Assembly: GCA_019235595.1 (NCBI GenBank)
Contig: JAFAKI010000156.1
Span: 1-33,422 of the forward strand
Origin: Mucilaginibacter sp.
Lineage (GTDB): Bacteria > Bacteroidota > Bacteroidia > Sphingobacteriales > Sphingobacteriaceae
Length of the DNA stretch: 33,422 nt
Direction of reading: 5' to 3'
Below the pieces are notes generated by a model. It saw only the letters and a list, made by a program, of their open reading frames with translations. It had not been told where the DNA came from and did no database searches. Shown piece after piece: positions 18,115 to 26,246 of the stretch (position 1 is its first letter; each line of letters starts with the position of its first letter). The translations under genes were made by a program, and so were the position numbers.

Positions 18115-18204
18115 CTAACAACAGCAGCAGCAACAGCAGGCAAACTTCCGCAGGCGCATTCGCATGACTGGCAATGAGGTGATATTTGACTGCTTTGTTT
18201 TCAA
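18115..18204 (-). CDS. Putative poly-cysteine leader peptide, 29 aa: MKTKQSNITSLPVMRMRLRKFACCCCCCC
   Basis: TTG 18204 to TAG 18115 (alternative in-frame ATGs at 18165 and 18159); ends TGC TGT TGC TGC TGC TGT TGT TAG; 65 nt upstream of the PhyH ATG. Confidence 0.75.
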   Translation of the reverse strand: MKTKQSNITSLPVMRMRLRKFACCCCCCC

Positions 18205-18210
18205 TTAATG

Positions 18211-18230
18211 TCTACTTAATCTATAGAATT
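18211..18230. promoter_or_regulatory. Operator-like palindrome TCTACTTAATCTATAGAATT
   Basis: TCTAY-N7-ATAGA dyad; 18/20 identical to 21241-21260; overlaps the predicted transcription start. Confidence 0.6.
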
Positions 18231-18231
18231 A

Positions 18232-18262
18232 CAAGTATAAATAATTATCGTATACCTGTCAA
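18232..18262 (-). promoter_or_regulatory. Promoter for the leader-PhyH transcript
   Basis: Minus strand TTGACA-17 nt-TATACT(TG); also fits Bacteroidota TTG...TAnnTTTG with one mismatch. Confidence 0.65.
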
Positions 18263-18288
18263 GGTTTTTTTAAAAATCTTTTCAAAAA

Positions 18289-19065
18289 TTATGGCTTATA
18301 TAAACCGGCAGCTGCGCGTTCAATTAATTTTTTTGGTGCATGTCGGACGACTGCGGCTGAAATTTTGTTGAACAGACCGGGAACAATTTCTGCTTTCCCT
18401 TTGAATAAACCTTTCAAACCAGCTGCGGCGACATCATCTGGCGACATATTGAACTTTTGTGCCAGGTCGGCCAGCGCCTCCAATCCAGCTCTTTTGGCAA
18501 AACCTGTATCGGTTGGCCCCGGGCATAAACAACTTACAGATACTCCCGTCCCCTTAAGTTCATACCGCAAGGCCCGGCTAAATGAGAGGATAAATGCCTT
18601 ACTCGCGGCATACACGCCTAATGTAGGGACAGCCTGGAAGGCCGCAGTACTTGATACATTCAAAATATACGAGCGTTCGTTCTCTCCTAATAAGGGAAGC
18701 AATGCGTGGGTAATCCTGATAACGGCTTCAGTGTTGAGACGGTGCATATTCACCAGTTCTTCGAGGTTAAGCACCGGAAAGTTGCCCCATAAACCATAGC
18801 CCGCGTTATTGATCAAAATGGCGGGTGCAATGCTCAGTTTATCGCACCATTCCTTAATCAAAACTGCGGCATTGTCTACAGAGAGATCAAGAGGTAAACT
18901 GATCGCCTCTACGTTATAAATTAGACGGATACTTTCAGCAAGTGCCTGCAACTTTGCTTCAGACCTTGCGATCAATATAACGTGATATCCTCGTTGCGCG
19001 AGTTGTCGGGCAAATGATTTGCCGATGCCACCACTCGCCCCCGTTATCAATGCGTATTTTTTCAT
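18289..19065 (-). CDS. SDR family oxidoreductase (DltE-like)
   Basis: TGASGGIG, LINNAG, NVSS, YAASK, LCPGPT. Confidence 0.92.
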   Translation of the reverse strand: MKKYALITGASGGIGKSFARQLAQRGYHVILIARSEAKLQALAESIRLIYNVEAISLPLDLSVDNAAVLIKEWCDKLSIAPAILINNAGYGLWGNFPVLNLEELVNMHRLNTEAVIRITHALLPLLGENERSYILNVSSTAAFQAVPTLGVYAASKAFILSFSRALRYELKGTGVSVSCLCPGPTDTGFAKRAGLEALADLAQKFNMSPDDVAAAGLKGLFKGKAEIVPGLFNKISAAVVRHAPKKLIERAAAGLYKP

Positions 19066-19336
19066 TTAATGTAATTGAATCAGATGATTTTTTTGGAGCG
19101 TTAGGACGGATTCGATGCGCCGTAAAGAGTTTTGCTGACACCTTCCTTGCCGACCGGTAACTCCGCCCTGTTTGTGTCAATAACCCTGTAAACAATAGTA
19201 CATATATTTGCTAAAACTGTCATACTGCCAGAGCTTTTCTTCATGGACATAAAACGAGCCCTGTGTATTAAGTAACCGGTTGTGCATTAAGAAAACTATT
19301 CTTTTCATGCTGCTGAAATGGTCGTATTTAAACTGA

Positions 19337-20365
19337 TCAATGGTATTCCTTTGGCGTTTGCGTGGTGCTAACCGTATCGATAAAAAGGCGGTCAAAGTTG
19401 CCGGTATCGGCGTTGCTGAACTTCCCCAACAAAATACTCTCGCCGGTCAACCCCGGATTATTGCCTGCCCCCAATAACCAGGTGCCTTTGGTGTCACGTA
19501 CCTCTAGTCCGGCAATTTGCGCTGCTTTTAACCCAAAATCGGTACAATTATTTTTACTCAGATGATAAGCCAGCCCGTCATATTGTCGGGTGAGATGCAA
19601 TATCCTTTCAAAACGATGCCTGGAGATAAATTTGCCGACAACTTCGTCCCAGGCATGGCCACCGTCGTCTGTAAATTTGGAAGTAGATGAAGGCACCAAT
19701 GGAGTTGCGGCCAACAGATTGTCTTTATGAGGGCCGAACCCGAACGTCAACGCAGTATATGACGAGTCCATGTTGAATTTAATCAGCGTGATAAAAGTAT
19801 GACCTGTATTGATAAAACGATGCACTTTGGCTTTACCGCGAACTGGTTGTTTAACGTGAAGGATCATTGCATAAGCCATCGGCAGTTTGCCATCATTAAA
19901 AGTTTGCACAATATCGTCCACCTTTATGATCTTGCTTTCTACCGGCTTAGCTGCATAGCCGATTTGTTTCATTTGTTTTGCGATAGCTTCCTGATCAAGT
20001 TCAGTAACCGGTATTTCGGAGTTAGCGAGGCTATCCGGTGTCAAAGTTCTCAGAAAACACTTCATCGCCAACGGATAAAGGCGAAGCCGCGTAAAAAGGC
20101 CGGCGAGTTTATTCCATTGCCAGTCAGCCGGCTCATTAGAGGGCACGTCTGGAATATTGAGCTGTTTCAGGAGGCTTAACAATTTTTGTTTTTCTGTTCT
20201 GCCTTTTAACGGCGTTACAACGCGTGGTAACCGGAGATTAGTTGATGCACTCACGGGCTCAGTGTTGATACCGGGCTGCTGTTGCGCGTTTGAAAAGAGA
20301 GGCAACAGCAAAACCGCCGAAAGGGTGATCATATATACAGATTTTGTAAAGAGACTGGACTTCAT
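19337..20365 (-). CDS. Secreted hypothetical protein with a possible permuted papain/NlpC-like C-terminal domain
   Basis: Signal peptide (..LLLPLFSNA-QQ); GHTFITL ... YHLSKNNCTDF. Confidence 0.65.
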   Translation of the reverse strand: MKSSLFTKSVYMITLSAVLLLPLFSNAQQQPGINTEPVSASTNLRLPRVVTPLKGRTEKQKLLSLLKQLNIPDVPSNEPADWQWNKLAGLFTRLRLYPLAMKCFLRTLTPDSLANSEIPVTELDQEAIAKQMKQIGYAAKPVESKIIKVDDIVQTFNDGKLPMAYAMILHVKQPVRGKAKVHRFINTGHTFITLIKFNMDSSYTALTFGFGPHKDNLLAATPLVPSSTSKFTDDGGHAWDEVVGKFISRHRFERILHLTRQYDGLAYHLSKNNCTDFGLKAAQIAGLEVRDTKGTWLLGAGNNPGLTGESILLGKFSNADTGNFDRLFIDTVSTTQTPKEYH

Positions 20366-20455
20366 GGCAGTATGTATTGATTAATCTTTATTATTGTGTG
20401 ATCCTGAGGCCAACTGAACATGGAATTTGTCCAGCCTTCAGATATTCAAATTAGT

Positions 20456-21175
20456 TTATTTAGACTTAGCCGATAAAGGCAATTCCTGCTTTATGGCGGT
20501 AAGTATTTCATTTTTGGGAAACAGACCCTCTTTGTGCCAAACCAGTACCCCGTTTTTATATAAGGCTATATTGGGGATGGCGTTAATTTTTAGCTGATGC
20601 GCTAGTGCTGTATTGTCAAAAACTTCAACCTTATAAAGTGGGGTGCCGGTTTCGTTGCTGGCGGAGTCCACTAATGGCGCCATTTTGATGCACCCCGGGC
20701 AATATTTGGAGCCAAAGTCAACCAATATCAGTTTCTCATTCCCGACTATATTTTGAAAGTCTGCCAGAGTGAAGCCTTTCTTTACCAAGGTTTCTACAGG
20801 CTTGCCTGACCCCACCCAGTTGGCAATACCGCCCGGAATTTCGTAGACCTTATTGAACCCCTGTGCCCGTAGTTGTTTGGCCAATATCCCGCTTCGATAG
20901 TTACCGATAGCATATACAAATACAGGCTTTTGTTTGTTGAGTGCATTTATTTGTGAAGCTGCCTTTGTCGGATCGGTACTTAAAACAATCGCATTTTTAA
21001 GGTGAATTTGTGCAAACTCTTCAGCCGACCGGGCATCAATTATTTGCGGTTGCCCGGATATATTTATTTTGGCCTCGACATCATCTATCGATAGTTTAGC
21101 CCTATTTTCCTGCGCCTTTGCGTGAAAGCCTAAAACGATGAGAGTTGCTAGTGAAATTAGGTTGAGCTTTGTCAT
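20456..21175 (-). CDS. Exported rhodanese-like plus thioredoxin-domain protein
   Basis: Signal peptide; IIDARSAEEFAQIHLKNAI...GGIANW (rhodanese fold); LVDFGSKYCPGC...INAIP (thioredoxin). Confidence 0.85.
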   Translation of the reverse strand: MTKLNLISLATLIVLGFHAKAQENRAKLSIDDVEAKINISGQPQIIDARSAEEFAQIHLKNAIVLSTDPTKAASQINALNKQKPVFVYAIGNYRSGILAKQLRAQGFNKVYEIPGGIANWVGSGKPVETLVKKGFTLADFQNIVGNEKLILVDFGSKYCPGCIKMAPLVDSASNETGTPLYKVEVFDNTALAHQLKINAIPNIALYKNGVLVWHKEGLFPKNEILTAIKQELPLSAKSK

Positions 21176-21238
21176 GGTGTTTTTTAAGATTAATTATCGG
21201 GTTCTGATTCACCACGAAAATATATAAATATTTTAAAT

Positions 21239-21260
21239 ATTCTATTAAATCTATAGAATT
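21239..21260. promoter_or_regulatory. Operator-like palindrome ATTCTAT-TAAATCT-ATAGAAT
   Basis: Perfect 7-7-7 dyad about 65 bp upstream of the rhodanese-Trx start; near-identical to 18211-18230. Confidence 0.6.
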
Positions 21261-21500
21261 TATAGTTATTATTGAATCGTGATAGTGATGATCGATTTGA
21301 TCGGCGGGTCTAAACAGCGAGTAACTTAGTTTTTATTTCGATTCGAATCTGCCATCCAGATAAAAAAATCAAAGCATAAAAAACCTAAAGCTTTTTTTGT
21401 TATATTCGGTCGCTTAACCGAACGATTAAATGTCGTCTGTCAACTTCTCAAACATCAAATCAGGATTTTCGTATTAATCACTAATAACGCCCCAATTTTT

Positions 21501-22646
21501 ATGAAAACAGCATTTAACCCTAAATATCCAACTATTGATGATCTCAAAAAAAAGGCCAAGTCTAAGATCCCGAATTTTGCGTTTGAATGGATAGATAACG
21601 GGTGTAATGACAATGTTGCACTGATGAAGAACACAAGGGAGATCAGGGATATTGAGTTAAAGCCATTGTATATCACAGATCACCGGGAGGTAGACTTGAA
21701 AACAGAGCTATTCGGGCACACATATGATCTGCCTTTAGGGATTGCACCCATAGGCTACCAGGGCTTGATGTGGCCTAATATGCCCGAAATATTGGCGAAG
21801 GCGTCTGTAAAAAATAATATCCCATTTGTAATAAGCACCGTAACAACCAGTACTGTCGAAAGGCTTTGCGAAATAACAGAAGGCCGCGCCTGGTTTCAAT
21901 TGTATCACCCGAAAGGAGATGACCTGCGTGATAAAATGTTAAAGAGGATTGAAGACGCGGGGTGTCCGGTTTTAGTATTAACATGCGACATGCCTTCGGT
22001 AGCCTATAGGCCATTTGACATTCGAAATGGTATGGGACTGCCACCCAAGAAGACACTTAAAAATATTCTTCAAGTTATAGCAAGGCCGGAGTGGCTACTA
22101 AAAACCTTGTATCACGGCAAACCAACATTTGCTATCATGCAGCCCTATATGAAAAGCTTAAATAATCAGATCAATTTTGATAATAAATTGAATGAGCAAA
22201 AAATAGCGTTTATAAGGGATAGATGGAAGGGCAAACTGGTTATAAAAGGAATTTCCTCGGTAGAAGACGCCGAGGTAGCCATCAGACTAGGAGCCGATGC
22301 TATTGTTGTTTCTAATCATGGAGGGCGACAGCTGGATCCGGGACCATCATCTATAAAAGCGCTTGGGCCGATAGTGGAAAATTATCAGGGGAAAATAAAG
22401 ATCATGATGGACAGCGGCCTACGAAGCGGGCCTGATATTGCAAGGGCTTTGGCGTCTGGTGCTGAGTTTACCTTCATGGGCAGAAGTTTTGTGTATGCAG
22501 TAGCAGCCCTGGGTAATGAAGGGGCTGACCACATTATCGAAAGCCTGAAGATTCAGTTAAAACAGGTGATGGAACAAATTTCCTGCGTTTCAGTAAGTGA
22601 CTTGAAAAACCATTTGGTGGTGCCCACCTATGAACCCAAACTATAG
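21501..22646 (+). CDS. FMN-dependent alpha-hydroxy acid oxidase/dehydrogenase (LldD-like)
   Basis: WFQLY, LVIKGI, VSNHGGRQLD, DSGLRSGPDIARALASGA, MGR. Confidence 0.92.
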   Translation: MKTAFNPKYPTIDDLKKKAKSKIPNFAFEWIDNGCNDNVALMKNTREIRDIELKPLYITDHREVDLKTELFGHTYDLPLGIAPIGYQGLMWPNMPEILAKASVKNNIPFVISTVTTSTVERLCEITEGRAWFQLYHPKGDDLRDKMLKRIEDAGCPVLVLTCDMPSVAYRPFDIRNGMGLPPKKTLKNILQVIARPEWLLKTLYHGKPTFAIMQPYMKSLNNQINFDNKLNEQKIAFIRDRWKGKLVIKGISSVEDAEVAIRLGADAIVVSNHGGRQLDPGPSSIKALGPIVENYQGKIKIMMDSGLRSGPDIARALASGAEFTFMGRSFVYAVAALGNEGADHIIESLKIQLKQVMEQISCVSVSDLKNHLVVPTYEPKL

Positions 22647-22671
22647 CAGCAAAGCTGTTTTTTGGACAATA

Positions 22672-23211
22672 TTAGTCTCTTTTTGCAGAGGATAATTTTG
22701 CGTCAATCCTCCCCTTCTGTCTGAAATGATGCCGAAGATGCATTTCGGCAAATTGCAGCCAGTCTAAAGTATTAAAGTAAAGCAAGCCCGGGTGACGGGT
22801 TTTCCCTATTGCCTTTGAGGGATCAAATGACGCGTACAGCCTATTGACGTCGGTTTTTATCGCTAATAGTTTTTGCCTCACTTCATCTTTATTTTCTGGT
22901 TGTCGAATGTATATCCCGGTAGCAGGACCTTCAATCATCATATCCGGGAAACTATTGTTCTGAAGCATTGCGCGTGCATTTTTATGCATCTCCTTGTCAC
23001 TGTCGGCATGTGTTTGCATGGCCGCCGCCATCTGCTCTGCAAACAAGGCGGTATCATCGGTGATATGGGTATACACCTGTCCCAGCGACCAGGAGTTTTC
23101 ATCAGGTTTTTGATAAAGCATTTCTAAGGTATAATCATCCAGGTAATCGATCCATTTTTGGATTGTTTCATTAAACGCATTAAGTAATATTATTTCCCTC
23201 GGGTTTTCCAT
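22672..23211 (-). CDS. DinB family protein
   Basis: KPDENSWSLGQVYTH ... HPGL ... WLQFAEMHLRHH; ATG 23211 chosen as start. Confidence 0.85.
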   Translation of the reverse strand: MENPREIILLNAFNETIQKWIDYLDDYTLEMLYQKPDENSWSLGQVYTHITDDTALFAEQMAAAMQTHADSDKEMHKNARAMLQNNSFPDMMIEGPATGIYIRQPENKDEVRQKLLAIKTDVNRLYASFDPSKAIGKTRHPGLLYFNTLDWLQFAEMHLRHHFRQKGRIDAKLSSAKRD

Positions 23212-23389
23212 ATAGATGTATGACCGAAGATAGCCAAAATTGCAGTAGTGCCGCAACTGGAGCTTTGTGTACAGATGTGAAGATTTACTTTCTTAATTTT
23301 CCGGCCGGTCATTCCGTTAAATTCTGTAATTTTGCAATGTCTTATCAAATCAGAACAATGCTGTCACTATAAATTAAGCAACTACCTGT

Positions 23390-24874
23390 ATGACTGCCAT
23401 TTACAACAAAGATTTAGGAACAAAACAAAAGGCCCTGGCCATTAACCTGGACCCCAAAATATACGGCTCATTTGCCGAAATAGGCGCCGGACAAGATGTT
23501 GCGGCTAATTTTTTCAAAGCAGGCGGCTCTTCCGGAACCATAGCTAAAACCATGTCGGCCTATGACATGACCTTTTCGGACGCCATTTATGGCGTACAAC
23601 AAGTGAAGCGTTATGTAAGCGAGGCCCGTCTGATATCCATGCTGGAACACGAATATGGCTTGCTTATAGAGCGTTTGGCTGCACAGCGGGGGGATACTAC
23701 TACATTTTTCGCCTTTTCAGATACCATGTCGGCCCTTAACTTTCATAAAACCAATGAGGGCCATGGATGGATGGGGGTGCGTTTTCAACTGGAGCCTAAT
23801 GGTGAATATAATGATGTGATCCTCCACGTAAAGCTGCTGGATAATGATAACAACCTGCAGCAGCAGGCAGTAGGGGTGTTGGGTGTAAACCTGATGTACG
23901 CCTGTTTTTATTATCACGAAGTTCCGCCTGTTTTCCTGCTTTCTCTGATAGACGATCTTTCAAAAGACCGTATTCAAATCGATATGATCCGTTTTGAGGG
24001 GCCAAACTTCAAAAACGTGGATAACAGGCTGATGAGTTTGCTCCTGGTGAAATATGGATTTTCGGATGCCGCGGTATTTGGTCCGGATGGCAAAAACCAG
24101 CAGCCGTCAGAGGTATTGTATAAGAAGCATATTGTGGTAGTACGAGGCCGTTTCCGCCCGGTGATCAATGTTCATATGGATATGCTGCACACCGGCGTTA
24201 AGCAATTTTTGCAGGAGCCGGATGTAGATCATTCGCAGGTGGTGGTGATCACAGAGCTTACGCTAACAGCTTTGAAGGAGAGGGATGCCGATGATAACTC
24301 CGAAATAGATGAAAAGGACTTCCTTGACCGTGTAGATATTCTTTGCTCCCTTGGCCAAACGGTATTGATATCCAATTTCCACGAATATTATAAGCTGGTG
24401 GCCTACCTGTCAAAAATCACCAAACTCAAAATGGGTGTGGTATTAGGTTATCCAAACCTGGAGTACATTTTCTCGGAAGAACACTATAAGGATTTGCCGG
24501 GGGGTATCCTCGAATCGTTTGCTACACTATTCAGCCGCAAGGTAAAACTGTTTATTTACCCAACCCTTCGCGATGGCATGATCATGAATTGCCTGCGTTT
24601 CTATCCTCCGCCACACCTTATCGATTTGTACCGCTACCTGATTGCCAATAACAAAATTGAAGATATCAGGAATTATAACGAGGGCAACCTAAACGTACAG
24701 ACCGACAATGTGTTGAATTTAATTAAACAAGGCGCCGACGGTTGGGAAGAGTTTGTACCGCCGGAAGTAGCCAGCATAATAAAGGAACGCTGTCTTTTTG
24801 GTTATCCCTGCAAAACAGCAGCTGCCAACGAAGAAGTGAAAGCTGACGAGCCATCGGAACATACGGGGGCATAA
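23390..24874 (+). CDS. Conserved protein with nucleotidyltransferase-like C-terminal half (nicotinate-nucleotide adenylyltransferase-like)
   Basis: YGSFAEIGAGQ, AKTMSAYDM, GRFRPVINVH (resembles the GxFxP-xxxH loop), C-terminal WEEFVPPEVASIIKERCLFG like NadD ends. Confidence 0.65.
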   Translation: MTAIYNKDLGTKQKALAINLDPKIYGSFAEIGAGQDVAANFFKAGGSSGTIAKTMSAYDMTFSDAIYGVQQVKRYVSEARLISMLEHEYGLLIERLAAQRGDTTTFFAFSDTMSALNFHKTNEGHGWMGVRFQLEPNGEYNDVILHVKLLDNDNNLQQQAVGVLGVNLMYACFYYHEVPPVFLLSLIDDLSKDRIQIDMIRFEGPNFKNVDNRLMSLLLVKYGFSDAAVFGPDGKNQQPSEVLYKKHIVVVRGRFRPVINVHMDMLHTGVKQFLQEPDVDHSQVVVITELTLTALKERDADDNSEIDEKDFLDRVDILCSLGQTVLISNFHEYYKLVAYLSKITKLKMGVVLGYPNLEYIFSEEHYKDLPGGILESFATLFSRKVKLFIYPTLRDGMIMNCLRFYPPPHLIDLYRYLIANNKIEDIRNYNEGNLNVQTDNVLNLIKQGADGWEEFVPPEVASIIKERCLFGYPCKTAAANEEVKADEPSEHTGA

Positions 24875-24895
24875 CCGGAACCCTCTGTATAAACA

Positions 24896-24911
24896 TGATC
24901 CACGTGGAACA
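24896..24911. promoter_or_regulatory. parS-type palindrome TGATCCACGTGGAACA
   Basis: 15/16 match; intergenic. Confidence 0.75.
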
Positions 24912-24945
24912 TTTTATACGGGTTCATAAAGGAATATTGACCAAC

Positions 24946-24973
24946 GAAAAGGCTCCGAATCAGGGGCCTTTTC
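24946..24973. terminator. Bidirectional-type terminator hairpin
   Basis: GAAAAGGCTCC-GAATCA-GGGGCCTTTTC. Confidence 0.75.
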
Positions 24974-25111
24974 AATATCTCCCATTTGCGGCATATTAAT
25001 CGTTCTGTCGATCAATTTAATTGGCAAATCGTCAAAATCACTCGTCATTATTGTCGCTGTACTACGTTTTGCTAACACTTTTTGCCCGGTAAGTTTGTTT
25101 ATCAAAACAAT

Positions 25112-25750
25112 ATGAGGAAGCTGATTTTAAAAATGTCGGTCTCTGTTGATGGGTTTGTTGGCGGACCGAACGGCGAAATAGATTGGTTATTGAAAACGAT
25201 GGACGACGAAGCGGCCCAATGGGTATTGGATACGATATGGCTGGCGGGGTTGCATATTATGGGCAGCCGCACTTTTCATGATATGATCTCGTACTGGCCT
25301 TACTCGGACGAGGTTTTTGCCGAACCAATGAACGAAATTCCAAAGGCTGTTTTTACACGAAAAGGTATCGACCTGTCAACTGACGACACAACGACAGCCT
25401 TAAAAAATGCCTCAGTTTTAAAGAAAGGAAGAAGTCTGGCTACTGTTGAAGCCGATCTTTCCAGCTGGAAAAATGCCGAAGTCATCACCGGTGATATGAA
25501 AGCAGGGGTTGAGCGCTTAAAACAACAAGGTAGCAAGCCAATTTTGGCGCATGGTGGTGCGGGCTTTGCACAATCCCTGGTTCGTACCGGGTTGGTCGAC
25601 GAGTATCGCCTGCTTGTTCATCCATTTGCATTGGGTAAAGGCTTGCCAATTTTTTCGCGACTGGATCAACCATTGCATCTCGAGCTGACAAATGCAATTC
25701 CATTCAGGGGCGGAGTCATTGCGCTGACCTATCACCCACTTGAAAAATGA
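25112..25750 (+). CDS. Dihydrofolate reductase/RibD C-terminal family protein
   Basis: MSVSVDGFVGGP, MGSRTF, GGAGFAQSL..GLVDEYRLLVHP..LGKGLPIF. Confidence 0.9.
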   Translation: MRKLILKMSVSVDGFVGGPNGEIDWLLKTMDDEAAQWVLDTIWLAGLHIMGSRTFHDMISYWPYSDEVFAEPMNEIPKAVFTRKGIDLSTDDTTTALKNASVLKKGRSLATVEADLSSWKNAEVITGDMKAGVERLKQQGSKPILAHGGAGFAQSLVRTGLVDEYRLLVHPFALGKGLPIFSRLDQPLHLELTNAIPFRGGVIALTYHPLEK

Positions 25751-25759
25751 CCTAAATAA

Positions 25760-25788
25760 GAAAAGGCCCCGCAACCCGGAGCCTTTTC
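25760..25788. terminator. Bidirectional terminator between convergent genes
   Basis: GAAAAGGCCCC-GCAACCC-GGAGCCTTTTC. Confidence 0.78.
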
Positions 25789-25815
25789 AACATGTTATAA
25801 TAAGATTCTTCTAAA

Positions 25816-26202
25816 TTAATTCATTCTGTATGGTGCGATTAGGTAAAATTCAGGTATCTGAACGTTAAAAGTACCGTTATCAACCATGCGAACCATCTGG
25901 TATTCGCCTTTCATGCTACCCATGTCGGTTTTCAGGTTACAGCCTGAAACATACTCATGCGTGCTGCCGGGTTCGATAACGGGCTGCTGGCCAACAACGC
26001 CTTCGCCCTCCACTTCTCGTTTTGCCCCATTTGAGTCGAAAATTTCCCAATGCCTGCGCAATAATTGCACAGAGGTATGTCCCACATTTTGGATGCTTAT
26101 TTTGTAAGCAAACATATAATGATCATTTGCCGGGTTTGAATACTCCGGTTGATAGATGGTTTCTACTGAAACTTTAACACCGTCTGTTATTGTTGTGATC
26201 AT
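25816..26202 (-). CDS. apaG: ApaG protein
   Basis: FAYKISI, QLLRRHWEI, VEGEGVVGQQPVI, YVSGC..GSMKGEY; ATG 26202. Confidence 0.95.
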   Translation of the reverse strand: MITTITDGVKVSVETIYQPEYSNPANDHYMFAYKISIQNVGHTSVQLLRRHWEIFDSNGAKREVEGEGVVGQQPVIEPGSTHEYVSGCNLKTDMGSMKGEYQMVRMVDNGTFNVQIPEFYLIAPYRMN

Positions 26203-26246
26203 GACTTTTGTGAATGATGTCAAATATATTCTTATCAAAACAAATA

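Noticed and set aside
18118-18138. Simple CAG/CAA microsatellite or plus-strand poly-Gln ORF
   Set aside because: Variation falls only at the Cys wobble position and the run ends at an in-frame TAG on the strand of the flanking genes. The plus-strand Gln frame is closed by TAA just before the run and has no start. A neutral microsatellite is less likely but not excluded.
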